From the NCBI RefSeq assembly GCF_001194135.2, contig NC_068998.1, positions 49,242,651-49,291,113 of the forward strand: 48,463 nt of DNA. The letters run 5' to 3'. The notes beneath the pieces are model-generated. The model was given only the letters and a program-made list of their open reading frames with translations, ran no database searches and had not been told where the DNA came from. A program made the translations under genes and the position numbers. Numbering within the stretch: the first letter of the stretch is position 1; the number at the start of each line of letters is the position of its first letter. Of this stretch, positions 22,905-42,500 are shown one piece after another. The DNA comes from Octopus bimaculoides (Eukaryota).

Positions 22905-25726
22905 CAGACTTCTTTCAGTTTCCGTCCACGAGATCCACTCACAAGGCTTTGGTCGGCCCGAGGCTATAGTATAAGGCACTTGCACAAGGTGCCACGCAGT
23001 GGAACTGAACCCGAGACCATGCGGTTGGTAAGGAAGCTACTTATCACACAGCCTCTCGTACAGCTTTTGAATTGAAAATTGTTTCATTTTTCTATCGTCG
23101 TTTCAAGATCTCCGAAGTTCTAATCCCATGGCTATATTATATTTAACAGTGAGAGTAGACTTTCTGTTTTGTGGTAACAAGCTGAGAAATGATTTTAAGG
23201 AAAAATATTACGACTTGATTTTGGTTTATTAATCTTATAAACATCGGCCACTCGCAAGGCTATTTTCATTAGGATATAATATTATGAACAATACACGAAT
23301 ATCTGAATGTATAATTTTCAAGCCTGTTTTTACACTGCAGTAACTACAAACTTTTCCTCGAATGCTACGAGAGATACAAAAAGGAAGACACTGAGTGTTT
23401 GGATCGTTTCGACTTCTTACATTTTCATAAGTGTCAGGTAAATAGCTGGTATTACTTTAAGCTTATAAACCTAAAACAATGAGTGAGTGAATATATGGCC
23501 GGTATTATTTTGTTACTTTAATTTATTTTCCCTGCCCCATTAAATTAAATAGAAACAAACGATTTAATTTTTTTTTTTTGTAAGAATATAAGCAATCAAT
23601 ATTTTTCCGAGAAGCCCCTTCGAAGAGACAATCGAGCAAGGAAGGATAGAGTATATTATTTAGGGGTGTGTTTATTTTTTTTTCAATTTAATACTATATG
23701 ATGTGGCCTAGAAACTGCCGCGACGGCACGGTGGCAGTATTTTCTTTGATAGTCTCTGACAGTCCATAGTTTATTACTTGTATGCATTTTAGTCAATCGT
23801 TGTTGCTGTTGTTGACACTCCGTCGCTTACGACGTCGAAAGTTCTAATTCATCCGATCAACGGAACAGCCTGCTCGTGAAATTAACGTGCAAGTGGCTGA
23901 GCACTCCACAGACACGTGTACACTTAACGTAGCTCTCGGGGATATTCAGCGTGACACAGTGTGACAAAGCTGACCCTTTGAATTACAGACACAACAGAAA
24001 CAGGAAGTAAGAGTGAGAGAAAGCTGTGGTGAAAGATTACAGCAGGGTTCTCCACCATCCCCTGCCGGAGCCTCTTGGAGCTTTAGGTGTTTTCGCTCAA
24101 TAAACACTGCCAACGCCCGGTCTGGGAATCGAAACCGCGATCCTATGACCGCGAGTCCGTTGCCCTAACCACTGGGCCATTGCGCCTCCACTTAGTCAAT
24201 CCTATATAATCAGTATATAACGAGGTATTTCACATGGAGGTATGTCTCAATATTTATCATAAGTTTCGAAACAAACTTTTCACAACAATTTAACATTTTC
24301 TTTCAGATAAAGCAAAATTCCGGCAACACAGTTCGAGTAAGCAATACGATTCTAGTGCCGCTGACTCTTCAATATCTGTCTACAACAATATCAGTTTGAA
24401 GGATATGTTTCTTTAATTCTCCCTAATGCCGTTGGAACATCTCTGTAGTAAACGCAGTTGTGTTTTTGTCATCAATGAATAAGTGTTGTGAACATTTCCA
24501 GTAACTGTAACATGACCAGAAGACTGCAAAGGCACCCCGACAGAAGAATATTTTGTTCAGTAATATGACAACCTAATTTCATTGATAATCGGTTACAGTG
24601 GACCGAATTAAAATTTTGATATGCTTATATGATAAAATGTCTGATTAAGCTGATAATATAACGTAATAATTGAAATATTAGAACAGTGTATATTCAAATA
24701 GATGTGTTAGATACATAGTATATATTCAATACTCGTTGCAATCTAAACTCGACGCTACTGTGTTAAGTAATTGTTTCGATGTAAGAGATGTTCTAGACAA
24801 AGGTACTTAGAAAGTGGCGCAATTACTTTCAAATTATTACAAGGTTAACATACGTTATTCGTATAATATCGCAGTATGCAACTGGATTATGAGAGGGCAT
24901 GGTGCTAGTGTCCAATTACAGATACAGTAGCATTAGTCTCTGCATCAATATTTTCAATGTATTTTAATAATATATATAACAATATAATAAGAAGTATGAT
25001 ATTATTGTGATGGCGCTACATTGCGGTTAATAATAAAATTGTTACCGAAGTAATATTCATTGCTAATATGAATATTAAGAGAAAGTACCCGAAGAGAAAG
25101 GTTTGAAGAATAAGATTAGATACATTCATCCGAATGAACAACGGTCTCATAGCAGCAGTCCATAATTCCCATAGAAAGATAAATAATAGTAAGAAACTTT
25201 ATATCTGAGTTACTGTAAAACGAATAATTAGTAATGTCCTCGATCGTAAATTAAACCTACATACACTGTACTAAAACTAGAGCTACGCCAGTCCTTAAAA
25301 ACATAAGTACATTAATATAGACAGAAAATTTGTAAAACTATTAAATCAGATATTGGACCTATCAAAGCAAACTCTACTTCGAAAATAAAGATATATCAGG
25401 GCATGACTAATATGCCTAACAAATATATTTAATACTAAAATCTGATGTATGAATCGAATTTAATATACCCGTTATATAAAAAAAACAATATATTTAGGTT
25501 TTACCAATATATATTATAAACACAATAGACTAGAAAACATAGGCCAACTGAATATCAATGAAAATACTGAAAGTAAAAAATGTAAAATAGCTCACGTGAT
25601 TCACATTTTATGTTGGTCGATATAAACATTCGATTAACCAAAGTTTTCTTCTATTTACAGGTGAAGAGCCAAACAATCTTCGTTACTGCGTTTTCAATTC
25701 AGTTATTCATCTATATGTATAAATAA
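18943..25726 (+). CDS. Paralog D (exon 2 not visible, probably in gap 21484-22424)
   Basis: Exon 1 18943-18979 = [12 protein letters not shown](R)|gtaagt. Exon 3 23341-23437 = [32 protein letters not shown]|gtaaat. Exon 4 24307-24336 = [10 protein letters not shown]|gtaagc. Exon 5 25661-25726 = [27 protein letters not shown] at 25722. Confidence 0.8.
19780..20130 (+). mobile_element. CR1/L2-like LINE ORF2 linker fragment
   Basis: [14 protein letters not shown]...SPLID...[16 protein letters not shown] resembles the KxNPKxFYSY...EMAxxLNxxF region between endonuclease and RT. Confidence 0.6.
20485..20723 (+). mobile_element. SINE (core TTCAAATTCCGCCGAGGTCGACTTT family)
   Basis: Core shared with 25951-26120, 11820-11970 and 16917-17040; A-rich 3' end. 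Confidence 0.7.
20940..21370. repeat. Compound (TA)/(TG)/(CA) microsatellite field
   Basis: Direct reading. Confidence 0.9.
22745..23058 (-). mobile_element. tRNA-derived SINE (same family as 2973-3381)
   Basis: Near-identical blocks acgtaaacacaccagcatcggttgtcaagcgatg and ttctttcagtttccgtc...ggtcggcccgaggctatagt. Confidence 0.75.
23799..24191 (-). mobile_element. Full-length tRNA-derived SINE with 10-bp TSD, in intron 3 of paralog D
   Basis: tRNA-like head, (CAA)n-like tail, TSD TTAGTCAATC at 23789-23798 and 24192-24201. Homologous to 44150-44530. Confidence 0.85.
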
Positions 25727-25950
25727 ATATTATAATGATACATGTATATATCGTTTATCTTTTATGTGTTAATTGTTTCATTCTTTTAACTATAGCTATT
25801 ATATGCACAATGTTGAAGTGTTTATTCGACAAACTGCCTTGTAAACGTTTAAAAATCCTGTGTTAGAAATTCCCACCTTCACTGTAGTTATCTGAAGTCT
25901 TGTACTTGTCATTTATAGTACAATGTTTTACATAATATTAGGCGTATTTA

Positions 25951-26120
25951 AAGGCGAAGAGCTGAAAGAAATGTTAGCACGCCGGATGAAATGGTCAGCG
26001 GCTTTTCGTCTGTCTTTACGTTTTGAGTTCAAATTCCGCCGAGGTCGACTTTACCTTTCATCCTTCCGGGGTCGATAAATTAAGTACCATTTGCGTACTT
26101 GGGTCAATCTAATCGACTGG
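25951..26120 (+). mobile_element. SINE (same core family)
   Basis: aaggcgaagagctg...gagttcaaattccgccgaggtcgactttacctttcatcc... Confidence 0.7.
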
Positions 26121-26862
26121 CGATTAAAGTGACGAGAGAATACCCAAAGTCCTTATGTACAGCCAAGTTGATACTATGCCCAACATAAACATTATGTCTG
26201 ACAAAAAGAGAGTGTAGATAGCCGGATCCTCATACTTTGAAACCGTTGGGAGAGTCCTTCATATATATNNNNNNNNNNNNNNNNNNNNNNNNNNNNNNNN
26301 NNNNNNNNNNNNNNNNNTTATATATATATATATGTATATATACACATGAATTTTTTTTTAATACATATTTTACCTGTGAATTTGCGTGTGTAAACTGGGA
26401 ATGCATACGACGAGTTTCTCTGCCTTAGGTATACAGAAAACACTCGGCGAGAAATGGAAGAAAGAAGAAAAAAAAATAATAATGATAATAACATCGAACA
26501 CAAGGATGATAAATCGATATCTGAGAGAAAGAGAGAGTGAGACACTGTGTTCTTCCACTCTACAAAACAAGATACTTCGTTTAGGATTTACTGAGAATCA
26601 CCAGGCGTTTGACATTCAGAACTGGAAGAAAACTCTATTCTCATTTTTGCGCAATTTAAAAGATATATAGAAATCCTAACTGAAGGAGTGAAGCAAGTAA
26701 AGTTGATGCTAGATATGTATCCTAGCTATCAGACCTTCTGATGTAATAATATGAGGAAGAAATGTAGAAGAGGGCAAACATTTGCGAGTGGGTATTTGTC
26801 GAAAGTGGTTTAAAATTTTAAAAAATGAGACGAGGACTGAAGAGGGGTAATATAATTTAGAT

Positions 26863-27198
26863 CAGGGCTTCTCAACCGGGGTCCATATGGACCCTGGAGG
26901 TCCATATGGACCCTGGAAGTCCATATATCGTTTTGCGGTCCATAGATACAATATAATAAATTGGGTGTTCACGGTAATTTTTCAGGGGCCATGAAGGAAT
27001 GGATTCAGACAAGTGTGTGTGTGTGTGTATGAGCAATAAATTGGGTATACATCAACGATACATGTAATATTTCATCAATTACTTTTATGCAATTCCTAAT
27101 GACATTTAAGCATAAAAAACATCACATGTCTATGGGAGTCCATCCAAAGAAAACGGAAGTCAAAACGGTCTATGGGCCAAACATGGTCGAGAATGCTG
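26863..27198. mobile_element. hAT-like MITE
   Basis: Imperfect TIRs CAGGGCTTCTCAACC / GGTCGAGAATGCTG and an internal 19-bp duplication (gtccatatggaccctgga). Confidence 0.45.
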
Positions 27199-28262
27199 AC
27201 TTTAGGGAAAGTGTTTCAGTGAATATTAAACTGGGGGTCATTTTACCGTGGAAGTACCCATTTTATCGTTGGAGTAACTTTTGAACAGAAAGGCCTTTGA
27301 AGAGATGAACTGGGTATTGTTCAGAAAAAATGAAATGAAAGTGATTAAAATTTAGGAGTGAGATTTGGGTTGAGTGGTTAAGAAGGAAGAGAAAGGGGCA
27401 CAAAAGGGAGATTCGGATTAAAGGGATGAGTTTTAAGGAGAAACGTAATAGTTGGGCGCTTACTACCTCACATATTCGCGTGCCCGCGTGCGCATGCGTG
27501 CACTAACGTTATGTCGAATATTTCAGTATATGAAATACATACGCACGTACGAATATGCATATTTTCATAAGTAAAACGGAAGATATAAACAAATCACAAA
27601 GCTAAGGAAATATATAAATAAAGCGTTGAAAAATTGTAAAACGGAAGTTCTAAAGGGATCACATAATCAAGAAAATATATAAAGATAGCTTGAACAAGTA
27701 ACTGTTATAAATACATTAAAGAGGTTCAAATGTGTGGGTGCTGATGTATGTATATATATGATATATACATATATATGCATATATATGTGTGTTTGTATGT
27801 GTGTATCTATCTATCTATCTNNNNNNNNNNNNNNNNNNNNNNNNNNNNNNNNNNNNNNNNNNNNNNNNNNNNNNNNNNNNNNNNNNNNNNNNNNNNNNNN
27901 NNNNNNNNNNNNNNNNNNNNNNNNNNNNNNNNNNNNNNNNNNNNNNNNNNNNNNNNNNNNNNNNNNNNNNNNNNNNNNNNNNNNNNNNNNNNNNNNNNNN
28001 NNNNNNNNNNNNNNNNNNNNNNNNNNNNNNNNNNNNNNNNNNNNNNNNNNNNNNNNNNNNNNNNNNNNNNNNNNNNNNNNNNNNNNNNNNNNNNNNNNNN
28101 NNNNNNNNNNNNNNNNNNNNNNNNNNNNNNNNNNNNNNNNNATATATATATATATATATGTATATATATGATATATACATATATATGCATATATATGTGT
28201 GTTTGTATGTGTGTATCTATCTATCTATCTATCTGTTTCTCTCTGTGCAACCTATGCACACA

Positions 28263-28310
<48 letters not shown>

Positions 28311-28897
28311 TATACACATGTATAGGGGTGCGAGTGTATGTGTGGGTGTGTACATATATTTTAATAAAAGTGCCATTTGACATTCTAACATACCTGATTA
28401 GCCGCAGAAGAAAGACTAATTAAACGTTTGCAATATTCACCACGGAACTTCATTGTGGAAACTATGAATGATTTAGAGAAGGTTATTAAGAAGTTTAAAT
28501 ATTTAATATTTTCTCCTGACACTTGACTTCATAATCTAAAGGAATGCTCCTCTTACATTAGCTTTCTACTGTGGCATATTGCCAGTCATGCTGTATCCGA
28601 AACAGTCGGATAATTTGGCAAGCAATACAATTGAGTAAACTTGAGAGAGTATCCTATATCACAAACATTGATGAAGAAATTGTTACCACGCTCAATATGA
28701 ATTGGGAAAACGTCTTCGATATATTTCTTGGCTATACATATAGTTTCTTTTGGCCTTTTGAGGTTAATGCTATCACTGACATTCGTGTCAGAATCTTTCG
28801 GTAATATTATCTGTAATAAGGAACAACTGCAAAAATACCGTAATTCATTGGAGAAGATGGATGGTTGACACCGAAACAAAGAGTCACACACGTCGCT

Positions 28898-29025
28898 TTT
28901 ACATTTGTTATTTACATTTACGCTATCACTTCGGATATTTTTTCGTCATGGTACTCACGAGGATCTGAAAGACATCATCTGCAGCAATGAACTTTTTGGT
29001 GGGTACGTTGTACTCATGTGTGGAA
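28898..29025 (+). mobile_element. Short inverted copy of the Helitron PIF1 junction fragment
   Basis: Reverse complement of 30679-30805 with only a few mismatches. Confidence 0.75.
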
Positions 29026-29430
29026 ACCTGGGGTCGATTTGCTCGACTAAAACCGTTTAAGTCGGTTCTCCGGCATGGCTGCAGTCAAATGACCGAAACA
29101 AGTAGAAGAATAAAAGAATAACAGACTGTATTATTGACATTTAATATTATGTATGCGTAGGCAATATATTTCTGTCATATTTCAAATTATATTTGATACA
29201 CATTTCGCGATGAAGAATGTAAAATAATCAGTTACTTCTTTTAGCTTTAAAGTCAAAGTAAAACCAATTCGGTTGCTTTGAATTTGCAAGTATATATAGC
29301 AAATGAAGTAAACAGTATAGTTACACCTGCAGATAATGACCCAAATGTTCTCGGAATAAATAAACATTTGAAAACAAATTACCATGTAGTATGTCATTCT
29401 AGAAGTTTATATATCTCCTAGTTTAGTTCT

Positions 29431-29488
29431 AACACATGTTACATCGTGTATAATTACATAAGTAAATGTTATATGTAAGTTGTCATAA
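29431..29488 (+). promoter_or_regulatory. Core promoter of paralog E
   Basis: AACACATGTTAC at 29431-29442; the TATA position is degenerate (TACATAAG). Confidence 0.45.
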
Positions 29489-29524
29489 TACGAAGAGGAG
29501 TTGAAATAAACAGGACAATTCCCA

Positions 29525-35845
<6,321 letters not shown>

Positions 35846-36033
35846 ATAAACATGATAATATTAGTATATATGTGCATTATTTTGAAATATTATCGTTATT
35901 CAACAACATGTCCCATTACTGCGAAATTATTACGGAAAATCCGGAAGTCGCCCACTGCTTTATAAGTTGAATATAAGATATCGTATATCGCTTAACACAA
36001 AATTAGGCATATTTTAACTTCATATGAGACTTC

Positions 36034-36074
<41 letters not shown>

Positions 36075-36190
36075 NNNNNNNNNNNNNNNNNNNNNNNNNN
36101 NNNNNNNNNNNNNNNNNNNNNNNNNNNNNNNNNNNNNNNNNNNNNNNNNNNNNNNNNNNNNNNNNNNNNATATATCGATAGATAGATTAA

Positions 36191-36229
<39 letters not shown>

Positions 36230-36315
36230 CACACACGCACACACACACACACCGATATGTATATTGAATTGAGTCAGAAATTTTGCAATATTTTCGTAAA
36301 TTATGTAATATATTT

Positions 36316-36370
36316 TTCAAGTTCCATGTTTTTCAAGTTCCATGTTTTTCAAGTTCCGTGTTTCGTGGTT
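36316..36370. repeat. 16-bp tandem repeat (TTTCAAGTTCCATGTT) x3
   Basis: Direct reading. Confidence 0.8.
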
Positions 36371-36720
36371 CACCGTGTGGGCTATGATTCTGCTAGTTGT
36401 TTGATCCCATCATGGTAGCAGGTATTGTCCTTCGAGGGGAAGGAACTCTTTCACTGAAGATTCCGATGGCGAAATATCACGAGCGTAAGACATGAGAAAT
36501 GGATGGGAACGAGAATTAATGTGAAGGACCTAGGTCTACACTATACGCTAGGTGTGGCATCAGTTTGACTTCCTTCAGCTCCTGATTCTTATTCAGTGGC
36601 ATTCAAGCGGCAACAGAGCTTGTAGTGGAAGAATTCGTTATCTGTTAAACAATACTGAATCTTTTTGCTACACAATACCATACGTCCGTAACATGCCATG
36701 ATCGTCTAATATACTCTCAG
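36340..36720 (-). mobile_element. Degenerate mariner transposase C-terminal fragment
   Basis: Minus strand LMPHLAYSVDLGPSH*FSFPSISHVL...GIKQLAES, a decayed HPxYSPDLAPSD motif. Confidence 0.6.
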
Positions 36721-38313
36721 TGCGTATTATCTAGTTTGCCTACAGCTTGAAACACGACCTCTGAATCGACTGTTTTAGGGTTAAATGGATTTTCAAATTG
36801 TCGATGTTCTTGCAGTTCGAGAGAAATTTCTTGAGCACACTGGATACTGTACTGTGGCCAAATACGCCTTTACGGTTTACACCAAACTTGCTTTTGGTTG
36901 ATTTCGCTGTGCTATGGCCCATTTCGATATCATAAAGCCTAAGTTACCGAATATGACTATTCTGCATGAGCATCTGTGTGACTTTCGAACCACATGCGGA
37001 GTTAAGTTATGCACAACAACCTACCGATATTACTACAACATTACCAACTTCAGACGAGACCTGATGTCATATTTTCAGTTTTTACTATTTGCATTTTTTA
37101 AACAATTTTACAATATTGAAATAAACTAGTACTTTCCTGCATTTCGCAATCATCAGATTCATGTAGTGACATTCGTTTTCCACAATTAACAACTGTAGCG
37201 AATGGTTGAATTTATCGTTTAAGTACTCTCCGGTGGGCTCAAGCAGTCTGAATCTTACGAACCAATTCTGACCAATTAGTATGTGGCTTAGAAGTAAAAG
37301 GTCGGCGGGCACACCGTAGATTCTTTACTTTGAGCTCACATAGAGGAATAATTATTTGTCTATATTTTTGAACTTTATAATCAATGTTCTTGTTTTCATA
37401 AAATTCTATTCTTAGTATTCGAGAAATTTTTACATTTCAATCGCCTCAAAGTTCATTTGGTCAACTCAGCTACCATCCTCACTATCCCTTTTATTATTGT
37501 TGTTAGTGGTAGCAGTTGTAGCAGTAGTACTTATTTTTATCACCATCATCATCATAATAAACTGTCCATTTATCGCGGGTTTGAATTTAAGAATAAAATT
37601 CTTTTCTCTGAAATTTCTCTCAACTTGATTTGATGTGTGTAGTTTGTAGATGGAAATATTATACACTTTTTTTTATCACATGTTCCTAGATGGTTGCTTA
37701 AAGGGACGTAACGGACACGAGAGTCCATAATCTGCTGTCAGTACACACGTGAATGTTCCGATAATGCATTCCCAGTCTGACCAACGTATATCACAATTCA
37801 CAATTCAGGCATTTGATGCAGTAAATTAAATTTCTGCTTTTGCAGTTCATATTTGCATCTGTAAATATTGTTCCGGGTTTATGTTCATATAATGATCGGT
37901 ATGTATGAACTGAGATGTACCACATCGATTATCATTCCATGTAGTTACAATGAACGATTCGTTATTAGATCAAACTTTGGTAAGATTGCTTTGACAATGC
38001 AAAAGACGTTTTGGTGGAACGAATTGTGTCTCACTATAAATGGTAGTACCTGCTCACGTTTTCGTCATTTTGGGTTGCCTTAAGATGTTGTATGGATGTT
38101 TCTATAGCACGCTGTATATAATTTTCTATGAGCGGGATGTGAATTTTTGTTTGAGTAGAAATTCTTTGAGTTCTGTTTGGCGTTTAACTCTGGTATTCAC
38201 ATCTTTCACAATGGTACAATATTATTCTGGGTCGGCAGTATGGATATTGGATTTTGTATGTTTTGGATTAGAGGTAAACTACGGCACTGTATATATATAT
38301 ATATTGAAAATGC

Positions 38314-38650
38314 ATGGAAGAGATACCTCGAGATGATTGCTTCGTAATCTGGAAAAATCTCTAGATACACTGGAAGAACAAATATCCTTCTGAACAATCT
38401 GCACCCAACTCCCCGATTTACAAATGAAATGAATAACATCAGATTACAATTCTTGACATAATGATAATTACGAGTGACACCACCATCACCACTCATATAT
38501 ACTATAAACACAAAGACAGGCATTATACCTCAAGTATAAATGGTGCCATCCAAAACATGCAACGTCATTATGGATCTGTAAGCCCCCAGATAAAGCCGTT
38601 GGGCTCACAACAACTTTTTTCCAACTCATTAATTTTCTCTGCCGTTTGTA
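38314..38650 (+). mobile_element. Penelope-like element reverse transcriptase fragment
   Basis: With frameshifts: WKRYL-DDCFVIW...LNNLHPTPRFT.E...LQFLDIMI...ITTHIYYK, i.e. the RT catalytic YxDD and Penelope-type thumb region. Confidence 0.7.
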
Positions 38651-38976
38651 CTCTGTGTTAGTTGGAAATTTGAATATAAATATCTATATATTTACGCTTA
38701 AAAATTCCTCATATGAAAGTCTACACATTATCCTTTCTCCCGTTTTGCATGTATACATATATACATATTTTATATTTCATACCCAAACTATATATTTAAT
38801 ATATTTACTATATATAATATTCCTAAATTGTACATCCGCATAATTGCCTCTATACCCGCTCATCTTCATCTTTCTTATAGCCATTCTTACCATCGGAATC
38901 GATCTCCTGTAAAAAACATCGAAGTTTGAATTTTTTCAGTACAATTCTCTTGTATACGTAGAATCTCTGAATCTCG

Positions 38977-39116
<140 letters not shown>

Positions 39117-39406
39117 AATTATTGAGATCTTCGATTATGCGTGTTTGCACGCATGTGCATTTATACACATATATACACTCGCTGAGATGGTAAGTGCACA
39201 TAATCATTCATTCTTTCAGAACCTAAAGAGAAAATTAAGACATCGATGACTGCTTTACATTTGCAAGGTTATTTACTAAAAAGATACGCGCCAGATTTAC
39301 GCCAGCAGATAATGCCATATCTGTTTTCCATATCAATAAATATGTACAAATTTATTACCGTATAGCATGTCACACAAGACGTTTTTATGCCTACGTGTTC
39401 AGCTGA

Positions 39407-39464
39407 AACATATGTTACGTCCAATTTAGTTAATATAAGAAGTAGTACGTTTAAGCTGCCATAA
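39407..39464 (+). promoter_or_regulatory. Core promoter of paralog F
   Basis: AACATATGTTAC at 39407-39418, TATAAG at 39434. Confidence 0.5.
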
Positions 39465-39500
39465 TATGACCAACTGCTGAGTTAAACAGGAAAATACTCG

Positions 39501-42500
39501 ATGAAATATTCTGCATATATCTTGCTTCACATATTTGGTATGTAGACATATGACAAATATTCTCCATTTTTTTTCTTCCTACTTGTTAATGTAATATATA
39601 TATATAAATATGTGTGATATAGTTGTCTATCTGTTTTGTCAATACTTTATGTTTGTCAATGGCATTTAAGGAGAAGGGGAAGTTGTGGTGTGTGAAATGT
39701 GTAACTTGCTTTGTTAACTGGGTTTTTTCCCCGTTACTCAACCCCCGCTTGTAACGCTTCCACATGATTAGTTGAAGAGAAATGGGAAGAAAACAAAAAG
39801 GACAGAAATAATTGGGTAAAGCGAAGAATGAGAGAGAAACAGGGATATTTTTTGTATTAGGTTTATAAGATTGTGCATAAAGTGTATAAAGTGTATAACG
39901 TGTATAAAGTGCATAAAGTGTATAAAGTGTATATCTTAAGTATATTGATTAATCATCGCATTCGAATTGCTTTCACTTGTCAATGATTAGCAAATGCGCG
40001 AATATCTTTTGATGTAGACGCAACACAGGTTATGTATTCCGGTTCTTGGGGTAAAGTTTTCAGAAATAGCACAATAACTTTACCATTAATTCTATGAAAT
40101 ATTCAGGGGCTCCGCTAATTTTCCTTTTTTTATTTCTACACTCAGTTACGGTATCCTAACGTCTTCGAAAGTATTTGTCCCAGAGCATTTGATGACACTT
40201 GAAATGTATTTTATGTAAATGCTCAGGGGAAAAGACACCACATACAGTGATTTTGAGATGGCTATAATAAGATACTGTGAATGAGTATATATTCTGATTC
40301 TTAAAAATCCATTTCAACTTGTACTGTTGTTTTAATAATTCAAATTGTGATTATTTATTAAGCATACAGCGAGTCACGCTGTATAAGTCTTTACAGGAGT
40401 TAAAGTTTATGGTACCTGTATGCTGTCTTATCCCGATGTGATTACGAGATGTTCGAAGAGATGTAGATACTACATTGTTTCACCTCATTCAGTTATATAG
40501 CACAGCTGCTTCACATTTAGGTACTTGTAGGTGTCGAGGAAAATCTGATTATAAACGTCTTTTCGTATAATTTAATCATACTTTTGCTTCGAATATTTGA
40601 AAATGAGAAAAAGTTTATCGCAAGTAACATAAATGATTTTTTTTTGAATATCAGAAAAAAATGTATTACACACACGTGCACACACATACACACATACACA
40701 CACACACAGACTTATATGTATTTACGACACGTATGTAATAGATATACCAACAGAGATAATTCAGTTCTTGTTCCGTAGGTTAATAGAGCAACGAATATTC
40801 TTAATCTATTTTCGAATATTATTGACATCTCAGAATTATCTACATTTGACCATTATCTTACCAAACCCAGAGAATCAACACCCTCATCCAATCTATTTTT
40901 ATACTCAATAATTCTAGTAACTAAGAGAACTGGCGGTAAAATTAGCATGTCGTAAATTGTAATACTTTAATTAATATCAAGGGCTTGCCCACAGGAATCT
41001 AAGCACATATACTACAATATCAAGGTATGTATATTATAATATATTTAACATATATAATAAATATAAAAGCAAAGCTAATCTAGCTATTTCTCTGTAGATT
41101 GGGAAAACGTTGACCAGCTTTAATCGGTTTTCGTAACTTATTGAGTTCTCATCAAAGTTGTCTACATGTATGCAGGTACGTATGTATGTATACATGTATG
41201 TATGCATTCATGCATGTACGTATGTATGTACGCAAGCATGTATATATGTATCTATATAATTACCGGCAAAAAATAAAGTTTTTCCCGAACACTAATTTTG
41301 GACAGCAGCTTTATATTCTGAGGTACACTTGTTATCACTGTATACATGCTTGTTGTGTAAGTGGAAGAAGACACTTGGGTTATTTTAAATATTATTGAGA
41401 ATATCAAGTCTTCAAACTAAACATTGAGATATAATATAATATAATATAATCATTGAGGTATAATATTACCGCTTCTGTGGTAAGCTACTTTCCGAATACA
41501 ATTGTGGCTTCCATTCTCTCTTTCCATCGAAATTCGCTGCTAATATAATTAGTCTCAAAATCAAACTACTCTATCTAGATTAAAACTTAGATATAGCATG
41601 TGAGCACGTTATGTACACACTCTTCAATTTATATGTTTAAATGAGTTGATTTGTAATTTGCAAAGACAATAAGAAGTAGCACATGTAGTAGTTTTTGTCT
41701 AAGATCATTGTGGGGCTCCGTGTATTTCTTACAAAAAATATACGTCTGAGTTTCCTTTCCAAGATTTATCATATCTAAAAAAAGTATTTTTTTCATTAGA
41801 TCATTCTATTTAATGTAGCTGCAATTTCATTGTAAACTGTGACTTTACCATTTAGTATAACTTACTACTCTACCACTTCTTGAGATTTTATAACTAACTA
41901 TTTTGGTTGTTGGAAATCAGTCACTGACTGCCACTTCGTTTAGAATATATCGGTGGCAGAAGCGGATCTTAGCTATCAATCCATCGCGTAGGTGCGCTTG
42001 GCTGATGTGAGCCAAATAGCTCGAAACTGGACGGTAATATATATATATATATATANNNNNNNNNNNNNNNNNNNNNNNNNNNNNNNNNNNNNNNNNNNNN
42101 NNNNNNNNNNNNNNNNNNNNNNNNNNNNNNNNNNNNNNNNNNNNNNNNNNNNNNNNNNNNNNNNNNNNNNNNNNNNNNNNNNNNNNNNNNNNNNNNNNNN
42201 NNNNNNNNNNNNNNNNNNNNNNNNNNNNNNNNNNNNNNNNNNNNNNNNNNNNNNNNNNNNNNNNNNNNNNNNNNNNNNNNNNNNNNNNNNNNNNNNNNNN
42301 NNNNNNNNNNNNNNNNNNNNNNNNNNNNNNNNNNNNNNNNNNNNNNNNNNNNNNNNNNNNNNNNNNNNNNNNNNNNNNNNNNNNNNNNNNNNNNNNNNNN
42401 NNNNNNNNNNNNNNNNNNNNNNNNNNNNNNNNNNNNNNNNNNNNNNNNNNNNNNNNNNNNNNNNNNNNNNNNNNNNNNNNNNNNNNNNNNNNNNNNNNNN

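Noticed and set aside
27750-28230. ~70-nt direct repeat on both sides of gap 27821-28141
   Set aside because: Typical scaffolding overlap artefact.
28380-28880. Possible further Helitron PIF1 remnant on the minus strand (LLR...NGT-like)
   Set aside because: Similarity too weak to call by eye; needs an HMM search.
40146-40202. Candidate exon 2 for F (ICPRAFDD after a strong acceptor)
   Set aside because: Phase-1 reading stops after 4 codons; the CP frame lacks Cys1 and Cys3 and ends in TGA.
41111-41181. TGCAG|GTACGT donor resembling the exon-2 end
   Set aside because: The upstream frame has a stop and no family Cys pattern; it lies at the edge of a TATG microsatellite.
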